DNA from: Octopus bimaculoides
Taxonomy: Eukaryota
Reading direction: 5' to 3'
Length of the DNA stretch: 64,000 bases
Assembly (NCBI RefSeq): GCF_001194135.2
Contig: NC_068985.1
Location: 76,146,963-76,210,962 of the forward strand
Part shown: positions 51,180 through 63,081 of the stretch, piece by piece
Position numbering within the stretch: the stretch's first letter is position 1
Layout of the letters: each line of letters opens with the position of its first letter
The notes under the pieces: model-generated
Database searches by the model: none
What the model saw: the letters and a program-made list of their open reading frames with translations, nothing else
What the model was told of the DNA's origin: nothing
Translations under genes and position numbers: made by a program

Positions 51180-53383
51180 GGTTTGTGGGTGTGTGTGTTT
51201 GTGTGTGTGTGTGTGTGTGTTTGCTTGTGTGTGCATGTGTGTGTTTGTGTGTGTGGGTTTGTGGGTGTGTGTGTTTGTGTGTGTGTGTGTTTGCTTGTGT
51301 GTGCATGTGTGTGTGTGTGTTTGTGTGTGTGTATGTGTGTGCGTGTGTATGTATGCATGTATGTGTGTGTATATATATGTTTGTAGGTGTTTCTGTGTGT
51401 GTGTGAATATATATATNNNNNNNNNNNNNNNNNNNNNNNNNNNNNNNNNNNNNNNNNNNNNNNNNNNNNNNNNNNNNNNNNNNNNNNNNNNNNNNNNNNN
51501 NNNNNNNNNNNNNNNNNNNNNNNNNNNNNNNNNNNNNNNNNNNNNNNNNNNNNNNNNNNNNNNNNNNNNNNNNNNNNNNNNNNNNNNNNNNNNNNNNNNN
51601 NNNNNNNNNNNNNNNNNNNNNNNNNNNNNNNNNNNNNNNNNNNNNNNNNNNNNNNNNNNNNNNNNNNNNNNNNNNNNNNNNNNNNNNNNNNNNNNNNNNN
51701 NNNNNNNNNNNNNNNNNNNNNNNNNNNNNNNNNNNNNNNNNNNNNNNNNNNNNNNNNNNNNNNNNNNNNNNNNNNNNNNNNNNNNNNNNNNNNNNNNNNN
51801 NNNNNNNNNNNNNNNNNNNNNNNNNNNNNNNNNNNNNNNNNNNNNNNNNNNNNNNNNNNNNNNNNNNNNNNNNNNNNNNNNNNNNNNNNNNNNNNNNNNN
51901 NNNNNNNNNNNNNNNNNNNNNNNNNNNNNNNNNNNNNNNNNNNNNNNNNNNNNNNNNNNNNNNNNNNNNNNNNNNNNNNNNNNNNNNNNNNNNNNNNNNN
52001 NNNNNNNNNNNNNNNNNNNNNNNNNNNNNNNNNNNNNNNNNNNNNNNNNNNNNNNNNNNNNNNNNNNNNNNNNNNNNNNNNNNNNNNNNNNNNNNNNNNN
52101 NNNNNNNNNNNNNNNNNNNNNNNNNNNNNNNNNNNNNNNNNNNNNNNNNNNNNNNNNNNNNNNNNNNNNNNNNNNNNNNNNNNNNNNNNNNNNNNNNNNN
52201 NNNNNNNNNNNNNNNNNNNNNNNNNNNNNNNNNNNNNNNNNNNNNNNNNNNNNNNNNNNNNNNNNNNNNNNNNNNNNNNNNNNNNNNNNNNNNNNNNNNN
52301 NNNNNNNNNNNNNNNNNNNNNNNNNNTATATATATATATATATATATATCAGGTCATTAAGAATGAAATGTCCGATTTTGAACTGAAAATTTATTGTACT
52401 TTATCTCAACAGAAAGCAATGGAGTTAATCAAAGTACGCACCTAAATTATCAACACAATTTTGCCATTTTATTGGTAATTTATCAATGCTGGCTGTGAAG
52501 AATTCAGGAGAGCAAAAGGTGTTGAAATCATGAAAGGCTGTTTTTGCATCTTCTTCAGATTTTAAGTTTTTACCTTGCTTAATGTTGTCTAATACCGGGA
52601 AAACATGATAGTTAGTTGGTGCAAGGTCTGGTGAATATGGTGAATGACAGACTACTTCCAAATTTAGTTCTTGTAACTTGAGTAGTGTTCTTTGTGCAAC
52701 ATGTGGTCAAGCATTGTCTCTGTTGACCAATCTCAGTTGTTTAATTGCAAGTTCACTCATTATTTCATCCAACTGGTTGATGTACACATCCGCTGTAATT
52801 GACTTAGCAGATCTCATGAAGGTAGTGGATGACATTAGCGCTGGACCACCTAACAAACACCATTAGCTTTTTTTGGTGAATATTCTTTTTTGGATTGAGT
52901 TTTGGCACTTCGTCTCTATCTGACCACTGTGCAGAATTCTTGCTGTTGCTGAAAAGAATTCATTTTTCATCACATGTAACAATATGATGGAAAAATGGTT
53001 CGCTTTTATGCCATGACAGCAAAGAACAGCAAGTTTCAAGACCACTTCTGGCCCTTCCCTACAACACAGCCTGGTTCATAACACCACAATCACAAAGATT
53101 TTCACTAAGTGGAATTGAAACTTAAACTGACAAGTTTTGTCTTTTATAAACACTCAACATGATTGTTTACAGCCACCTTTCAAATTGCTGAAAGAAAGTA
53201 GTGTATAACATTTTACGAAACATTTAACAAATTTGTGCATTTGTGTGTGGGGTGGATGAATATGAGAGAAAGGTGGGAGGAATGTGTAGGATATTTAATT
53301 AAAATTATGTTGAGATGGAGAAATAAGTTCATCAACAAAAAAGTGTAAACAAAAGTGCTAAAGAGCAAAGGAGAGGAAGGTAT

Positions 53384-53449
<66 letters not shown>

Positions 53450-56400
53450 AAAGAAGAAAGAGAAAAAAGGTAATGGGAAAGATACTTAAGACTATTTAGA
53501 GATGGAGGAAGTAAATTAATGAATGGAAACTGTGCAAGACAGGGTGTGCCAAAGGCTCTGAGAAAGGAGAGGTAGGTGGTATCAGAGAAGGTAAATCTAA
53601 ATCAAAACAAAAGATTACAATCTCAGCAGAATTACGGCAAAGCAAAATGAAAGTATATAAAGGTTCAAATAGTTCCTTCATTAAACATAATGGATTTGGT
53701 ATTCTAGTAGTCTTTATAAAACAAGACCAATAGTTGAAAATTACAGTTCTCACAGAGAACAACACCACATTGTGTATCTTTACTGCCAAAGAATATTTCT
53801 TCAACATATTCATACAACACATCAACTACCATATCTTCAGACATACAAGTTAACATGATACACAATTCAAACAGGTAGTGTAAGCATCATAGTGTAAACA
53901 TTCAAACATTGTCCCTATCTTCCCAAATCCTATTGCATTTCACATAGAATATTTGTTCCAAAGTTATCTTGGAGTATACTTTACCTCTTTCGGCTGTAAA
54001 TTTAGTCAGAGAAATTTGGAAAATATGATAACCTATTATTCAATTTAGTAACACCATTATATGGTTTGGCAGAAACCTCCAGATTCAATAGAATCTTCTA
54101 GAATTCTCAGACCATTCTTTTACTTTGAATGATGTTGTTTTGATTCATTTGATATCTCTTTTTCTTTCTGATTCCTCCTCTCTCCTATTTTTGGTTTAAA
54201 ATTTCAAAGATGACATAATTTCATAAACTGAAATAGGGTGGAGGAAACTAAAAAGAAAATTCCTATCCTGAAATTTTGAAATTTAACACATTGAAATTCT
54301 ATGAAGAAAATTTGAAATTTAAATAAACAATAACGTCTTTGCACTTCTATGGAATTTTGATTTAATTGCAGATATTTGCTACACTCTATTTTCAGTTTAT
54401 GAAAACACTAGCATGAAAATGTATAACACTGCTAATATTTCTTGACAGTATACAAGTCGCGGTTCCCTGATTTTAATGAAAAGCAGCAATATGGGTGTCT
54501 TTGAGCCAAAAGAGGAATTCTTTAACCAGATGATTGATAACGAGAGTTTTCAAAGATCAACAGCTATAACCAAAGTGGAAATCATGCAAGCAAAGGAACT
54601 AGGAATTAGGTGAATATCTGTGACTAAGGTACTAGACTACTAAAACCAAAGGCAAGAGTTTATTACTTTTGCTTCAATCAGTGGCGCTACACAGAAGATC
54701 TGCTTTCTACTATGTTTGAAGCATTGAAATTGTTAAGCTCAAGAAAGCATTACAGTAGCCATTCACATATGGAGCTGACAGAGAGCTTGAAGTGCTGAAT
54801 GACAAACATAAAAGCCACCTAAACATATAGAAATTTATGGAATTTGTGCAGCATCTCATGCTAGCAGAATGGTATCTCTTGTGCAGCATCTCATGCTGGC
54901 AGAATGATATTCTGTAAGAACCATTACTTGAGCTGTAGGCAAGTAAATACTATTCTACTAATACAGAATAGTTTTCTATTTCATCCTTCAGGGATCAATA
55001 AATAAAGTACCTGTCTATGGCAGTGGAATGGTAGATTTATTATGATATTAGATGGAATAACTTGTATGAAGGCGTACTAAAAAGTTCCTGGCTCTGGGTA
55101 AAAGGAATTACAGGAGGATCAGTTGATTATGATTTTATTCAGCATGTTTCCCTCTTGGATTCACATACTTATTGCAACAGTCCTTCAGTTTTTCTAAGCC
55201 TTTTAAAAGAACTCAGAAAGTTGGGCCTCCAACCAAGCCTTTCATTATACTCTTAAAGCTAAGAACTTTTCAGAACCTTCTTGTAGTGCTTGTTCCAGCT
55301 CTGTTCTGATTTATTTGGATGGTAAAGTTAATCCATCACCTGTTGTCATATCACTAACACTTGGCCATTGGATGCCTTTAGTGGAGCCCAGTTTGTTTCA
55401 AGTATTTGGGATAGATCTCAAGATTGTGGATACTTTCCATCTTCCTTCTCTCCTTCCTTTCTTCTCTCTCTCTCCCTCCTTTCTTCTCTCTCTCTCCCTC
55501 CTTTCCTCTTTCTCTCTCCCTCCTTTCCTCTCTCTCTCTCCCTTCCTTCCTCCCTCCTGCTAAGCTTGAAGACCCTGTAAAATGTTGTAAGCACTGCCCT
55601 CCCATCTGACTAAACAGTAAAGATCAAAAGGATGCTTTTAAATCATAATAATCATGCATCTGTATTTTTTTAGAACACAGAGTATAATAAATTCCCTTGA
55701 GACTTTCCGTAATACCAACCAAGTACAGGTTGAGTAATTACTTAAGATCTGAGCACTCACTTATTCCATGTACTCCATTACTCCAGCTGTTTTATTGTTC
55801 TCCATCAACTTTCCTACTATATTATACTTGGCAAAAGTGATATAATTTTTGGAGATCAAAAAATGTTTTTTACCATAATTTGAAATCTTTATTACTGCAA
55901 ACCATTCGGCCATCAAATAGAAACAGCCGATTTGCTATAAATGAAATTGTAGCAAGCAGTAATCGTATAACTTGCTAATGGCCAAAACAATGATTGTTCA
56001 AAGGTTTTGAACTCAACCAATGTGGTTAGTAGTCTGGCACTTAATGATTTTTAAAAAATTATCAATGTTTTTTTATTTTCTTTTAAATGGTTTCTTAACC
56101 ATTTGTTTGTCCAAAGCCTTGTCTTAAATGTCCGGGTTTGTTTCCAGATTTTTAGTTAACCCTTGGTTCATATGTCCTGAGTAATATAAAGCTTTCCTCT
56201 CATAAGTTCCCAAGATATTCTGTTGGTTGAAAGAAATTGGTAATGTGTGTCATATATGATGCATGGACACCAGGGAAATGTGTCCTGAGTATCACATGTA
56301 CAGCACAGGACAGAAAATGGGTTTATTTTCTGGTGAGTTACCTAGAATGAAATAAATATGCTGTCATGCGAATGGCACCTATGAATCATAATTGTGGTCA

Positions 56401-59400
56401 TTGCCAGTAGCATGATCTTTGAATGTTGGGCCTTCTAGTGGTGATGACAAGTGACTGAGACCTTATGCAATATGCTGTGCTTGAGAAGACGCATTAAGCC
56501 AAGTGAGATCATAATTGTGGCTGTTGCCAGTGTCATGTAAATGGCACCCATGCCAGTGGCACATGAAAAGTGCCCAGTGCACACTATAAAGGGGTTGGTA
56601 TTAGGAAGGGCATCCAGCCATAGAAATCAGACTGGCACCTGGTGCAGCCTTCTGACTTACCAGTTGCAGTCAACTCATCTAACCCATGCCAGCATGGAAA
56701 GCAGGCATTAAATGATGATGATGATGATGATGATAATGTAATGTAACACTGTCTAAAGAATTATCAATATCTTTGTTTCACATATCTAGGAATGAATACA
56801 AAAGAGATGATCTACTGAGGAAAATAGAGCAGATGAAAGCAGATTTTGATGCAAGGCTTTGTTTATTGCGACATGAAAAATTTCTCTTAGATGTTGTAAT
56901 TAAAAAAGGAAATTTAAGGTTAGTTTGTATATCTCGACTATGTCTTTTGTGTTTTACTTGTTTCAGTAATTGGACAGTGGCCATGCTGGAGCACTGCCTC
57001 GAAGGGCTCTGGTCAAACACACCAACTCCAGTGCTTATTTTTTTAAAGACTTCTACTTATTTTATTATATTCTTTTGCTGAACTGTTAAATTACAGGGAT
57101 GTAAGAAACCAACACCAATTGTCATGCATTGGAGGGGAAACACATACACACACACACACACACACACAATGGGCTTCTATACAGTTTCCATCTACCAAAT
57201 TTACTCACAGGGTATTGGTTGTCCCTTAGAGACTGACAATATGTGCATCACTGATCAAGAGCAGGTGTGGTCGGAGAAGATCATAGCCATGTGTTGTGGG
57301 TGGTTATTTGGAGGTTGAATANNNNNNNNNNNNNNNNNNNNNNNNNNNNNNNNNNNNNNNNNNNNNNNNNNNNNNNNNNNNNNNNNNNNNNNNNNNNNNN
57401 NNNNNNNNNNNNNNNNNNNNNNNNNNNNNNNNNNNNNNNNNNNNNNNNNNNNNNNNNNNNNNNNNNNNNNNNNNNNNNNNNNNNNNNNNNNNNNNNNNNN
57501 NNNNNNNNNNNNNNNNNNNNNNNNNNNNNNNNNNNNNNNNNNNNNNNNNNNNNNNNNNNNNNNNNNNNNNNNNNNNNNNNNNNNNNNNNNNNNNNNNNNN
57601 NNNNNNNNNNNNNNNNNNNNNNNNNNNNNNNNNNNNNNNNNNNNNNNNNNNNNNNNNNNNNNNNNNNNNNNNNNNNNNNNNNNNNNNNNNNNNNNNNNNN
57701 NNNNNNNNNNNNNNNNNNNNNNNNNNNNNNNNNNNNNNNNNNNNNNNNNNNNNNNNNNNNNNNNNNNNNNNNNNNNNNNNNNNNNNNNNNNNNNNNNNNN
57801 NNNNNNNNNNNNNNNNNNNNNNNNNNNNNNNNNNNNNNNNNNNNNNNNNNNNNNNNNNNNNNNNNNNNNNNNNNNNNNNNNNNNNNNNNNNNNNNNNNNN
57901 NNNNNNNNNNNNNNNNNNNNNNNNNNNNNNNNNNNNNNNNNNNNNNNNNNNNNNNNNNNNNNNNNNNNNNNNNNNNNNNNNNNNNNNNNNNTGTTGAACA
58001 TAAAGTTCCACATTGACCATTTGGTTCCAATTCATAATGGATAATCCCTTCCCAGTCCCACCATGTGCACGACATCATTTCACGCGGATGAAGATCTTGT
58101 TTCACATCTGGTGTCACTTGTTTACCGGGGCTAAGCCATTCCTTATGCTGCTTCATATTGATGTACAGGCACGATTTTTTGTTGCCAGTAACAATTCGGT
58201 AAAGAAATGGTTGCTTGTGTCCATGAGTTGAGTGGTGATGAGCAAGCAAACCAGCAGAGATTGTGGCTCGTTGATTTTTGTTGTTGTCTCTTAAAGCATG
58301 CGGAACCCATGCTCCATACTTCTGAACCTTTCCCATCGAGTGAAGATGCTTCTCTATAGCAGTGTGCGAGCATTCCATTTTCTCTGCCAGTTCCCTTGTT
58401 GTTTGAATAGAATTTTCGTGCAAAAGTTGGTTTAATCACACTTCATCGAACTCAACTGGACTGCCAGAGCAAGGTGCATCTTTGAGGTCAAAATTTCCAT
58501 TTTTGAACTTGGCATACCAATCACAAGTGGTTCTTTCATCTATGGCACTGTCTCCATACACAGCACAACTGTCGCGAGCAGCTTTTGCAGACTTAGAACC
58601 TTGATTAAAAGCAAAAAGAAGGAGGTGTCAAAAATGCTCATTTTTCTTAACTTGACATTCCATTTTAATGATCTGAAAATAAACAAAAATTAACTAAAAT
58701 TAACTAGAAAAAACAAAATAGATTCCAAAATGATTCAAAAATAGAATTCTTGAAAAGAATAGATTCCAAAATTTAAAAACGCAATAAATTAAAAAGTTTT
58801 TTTAAATGGCAGGAACTTAGTTGCCAATCCAATATGTAAATGGATATGTGAGCATGTATTTCACAGGGAATATATGTGCTTGTGTGTTATACATGACTGA
58901 ATTTTACATGATACATAAGTGCGTGTATGTGTATCTAAATGTACTTTACTGAAAGTATATATGTATGACTGTGTATATGAGTATATGTGTTTTATCAAGA
59001 AAAAAAAAATTGGTCTAATAACGGTACCTGGCATTAGCTCTATGACAATTATACTAAAGTTGTGAAACCACTTAATTTTGTGAGTTGATTTTATAAATGT
59101 AGCCAGAAATAAAGTTGCCATCTCTTTGCAGGGAAATAACAGCTTTTGAAGAATTAGTTTTACTAAAAGAATATGAAAAGTATGAAAACATCATCGCAGA
59201 AAAAGTCGAAGAGAGATTCAAAGAAAAACTTGATATGGAAAGAAAGGTAAGAACGTGTCTCCCTCCTCTTCTTTTTCTTCTTCCACCCCTTCTCCTCCCT
59301 TCTCCTCCTCCTCCTCCTTCTTCCTCCCCTCTCCTCCTCCTCCTCCGTCTTCCTCCCCTTCCTCTTCCTTCCCATCTCCTGCCTCCTCCTCCTCCTCCTC

Positions 59401-62400
59401 CTTCTTCCCTTTCCCTCTCTCTTCCCCCGCCCCATTTTTCATCTTCTATTTCATTGTTGTTTACATTAGGTGTACCTGGATAAGAAATGTCATAATATAT
59501 CAGTGCTGACTATAATTTTTCAAGAAAATCAGCAGAGGTGCACATAGTTCTGAGTTCAGTCCTACTGTGTGGCACCTTGGGCAAGTGTGTTCTACCATAA
59601 CCTCAGGCTGACAAAGCCTTGTGAGTAGATTTGGTAGAGAGAAACTGAAAGAAGACTGTTGTGTGTGTGTTTGTATAAATGTGTGTGTGTGTGTATAAAT
59701 GTGTGTATGTATGTATGTATGTATATAAATATATAGATCTTGGGTGCATCTTGGTGATTTTATATAGATTTTTCGATATGCAAGCTACACCCACTGAAAA
59801 TTATTCATCGACACAGGTACTTTCTGTACTCCAAATCTGAGTAAAATCATTAAATTGGTTGGTTGGCAGAAACCTAAAAATGCACTTGTAGCTTACTCTA
59901 AAATGTCTCAAACAGATTCAGTAAATGGCAAAAAAGACTTGAGAATGTCAGAGAAACAGGTCTGGCTCAGCAGGTGTCCCAGTATATCACAGGCTGGACC
60001 TGGTCATCCTGTTACTATGGTCAAACAATCTTCAAGAAAAAGTAAAAATAAACATCCTTTGAATTTTGGTTGTTGGAATGTGCGCACACTTCTTGATTGC
60101 TCGCATGCAATAAGTGCAGTACACCAGAAAAGCGTACTGCACTTATGGCATGTGAGCTCAAGAAATATTCCCTTGATATAGTTGTGCTCTCTGAAACTCG
60201 TCTCTCTGGTGAGGGTCAAGTAAATGAACCTACTTATGGATATACTATCTTTTGGAGAGGCCTACCTAAGGGTCAGCATAAAGTATCTGATGTTGGGTTT
60301 GCTCTCAAGAATACATTAGTATCCTCCATTACAGAGCTTCTAAGTGATATATCTGACCGGATCATGTCATGCTGTATTAAACTGTACTTATGCACCAACA
60401 ATCTGTAAGACAGTTTTATGATATGATTATTGAGGAAAGTACCAATTTCTGACAAGCTGGTTATATTGGGAGATTTCAATGCAAGAGTTGGAAAGAACTA
60501 TGTTTTATGGCCTGTTTTAGGTCAACATGGGATTGGAAAATACAATAAAAATGGAGTAGTTCTTTTGACGTTTTGTACTGAGAATAATTTGGTTGTCACC
60601 AACACTCTGTTTAAGCAGAAAAATAAATATAAAACCACCTGGATGCACCCTGGATCTAAGCACTGGCATCTCATAGATTATATTCTGATCAAGAAATGTG
60701 ATATGAAAGACGTTTCTTTCCTTCAAGTCATGAGAGAGGCAGAGAGCTAGACTTACTATCATCTAGTGTGTGGAAAAATAGATTTTTCTATTATGCTTAA
60801 AAATCAACAGTCTGGTCCTAAGGTACCCTTGCAAAGATTCCACAATGCTACAGAAAGTATCAATCTTGACCCAAACAATCTATGGGAAGATTTCAAAACA
60901 AAAGTAATTCAGGCTGCAAGTTCGTCAGTGGGATTTAAACCTCATAAATCCAGTGACTGGTTCTCAGATAGAACAGCAGAAATCCATGATCTACTTTTAG
61001 AAAACCAAAACTTAGGCAGTACATTTCTCTCTCACTCCTTGAACCCCAACTCAAACGAAACTTTCCCGTTTTTTTTTTTTTTGTATGTATTCTTTTAGGT
61101 TCAAGAATGTCAGGCCAAAATTGATAACAAAATAAAAGATATTGACAAACTTCTGGAACGTGAACGAGCCCTTCATGGAACACTTGTATCAACAATTGGA
61201 GAAAATAAGTTTGCTGATTACCTCATTAAAGTGTTCAAGAAGAAGATTAAGAGATCAAAGAAAAAAGAAACAGAAGGTACTAATCCATTTTCATATCTTT
61301 ATTTTTATATTTTTCTTTTTTGCTTTCTTTATTTTCTTGTTAGTCTGAAGAGAATGTCAGTGCCTAAACTAATTTTGCCTCTTCTTTTGGATAATATGTA
61401 ACTCTGTTTAGGTTACATTTTTTTTTTGTCCTTATTTTCTAGCTATGAGATAATGCATTATTGATTCAAAACAGTGTGAATAAATAATAAGTATTACATT
61501 TGACAGAATAATCTGAATGCTAGAGAGTTGAGCATCAAATGATTATGAGGGTCCTCCCGAGTAAAATAGGAATCAAAGGGGTCCATAAACAAAACAAAAA
61601 AATGGCTGAGAACAACTGATCTAAATTAAGAAAATATTAAATTAAAAAAAAAAAAGACAATGCAGGAAAAAATGACAGACTGTATCAGAGGCAGGTGCAA
61701 CAAACCCTCAAGATGAAGACATGGCTCTTGCTCTTGCTCTTTCTACAGTTTCAAATGCTAAAGTTCTAAGGATAGCAGGAGTAGAAGCAATGAGATTACG
61801 TAAGTGCCACTAGTCCTTGAGTTTGACAATGAAGTAGGAAATTAAGAAGCTGTAAGGATATCTTCCACTTGCAAAGGTTAGACATTGTTGCAATGGAGAG
61901 AAGATGGTAACTGGAAAAAGACAAGAAGGCATCAGAAACTGATAAAAAAAATGTTGGCTCAAAAATATATAATTGAAGGAAGTAGACTAAAGGACCAGGA
62001 AAGGCTCTCCAAATAAGCCACTCAGCTGACTGGAGTGCTTGAACTTTGGTGATGGAGTTGAAATAGCTATATTGATTGAAATCAATTTGGGAAGAATATC
62101 GGAAGCCTCATCTCAAATCTTATCATACTATCTTAAAAAAAAGGATATATTAAATAATGTGATCCTGGTCTCTCTGCAGAGAGAAAAAAGACAGGATGGT
62201 CATGGCTGCTGATGTGCCTTTGATTATAGGTTTACTTATATAGGATGCACCTGGTGCTAAACACCAAGAAAAGGAACACTTCATTGGTTACGACGATGAG
62301 GATCCCAGCTGATACGATCAACAGAACAGCTTGCTTGTGAAATTAATGTGCAAGTGGCTGAGCACTCCATAGACACATGTACCCTTAACATAGTTCTCAG

Positions 62401-63045
62401 GGAGATTCAGCATGACATAGTGTGACAAGGCTGGCCCTTTGAAATACAGCTGAGTGGACTGGAGCAATGTGAAATAAAGTGTCTTGCTCAAGGACACAGT
62501 GCATCACTAGGAGTTGAACTCACAACCTTACAATCATGAGCCAAATGCCCTAACCATGAAGCCACATGCCTTCACTGCTAAACAACAATAATGAAACATA
62601 AATATATATTCCACATCCTCTCTCTCTTTGTCTCTCTCTCTCTCTCTCACTCTCTCCCCCTTCTCTCTTTGTGGAAAGTATGTGGTCTAGTGGCTAGGAT
62701 GTTGCATTATGATTATTTGGTCATGTGTTCATTTCTTGAACCAGACGGTGTGTTTTATACTTGAGCAAAGCTCTTCATTTTACATTGTTCCAATCCTACC
62801 TTCTGAAGAAAACATTGACAACAGCTGGAAATTAACTTTGCAATGAAGAGGGTGGTGATGCAATTCAGGTGGGGTGGAATTGTATACATTCAGTCATCTG
62901 AACACCTCTGAGATCTGGATAAACTGCAGCTTCCTGATCCTCATAAGCCTCATGAGGCAGCCATAACTCATTTCCCCCTCTCTTTCACTTAGTATATATG
63001 TGTTTCTATTCATGTATGTATAAGGATATAGTTCTATCAATGTAT

Positions 63046-63081
<36 letters not shown>

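Noticed and set aside
51417-52326. Hidden CFAP44 exon in the gap between w12 and w13
   Set aside because: Phases already match and the spliced length looks comparable to the recalled vertebrate spacing, so no exon is needed; it cannot be fully excluded.
53480-54200. Possible degenerate transposase or antisense gene fragment
   Set aside because: No motif or open frame could be supported by eye.
7614-58423. Long ORFs in the track containing X runs
   Set aside because: Artefacts of N gaps; only the mariner part of 57281-58423 has real homology.
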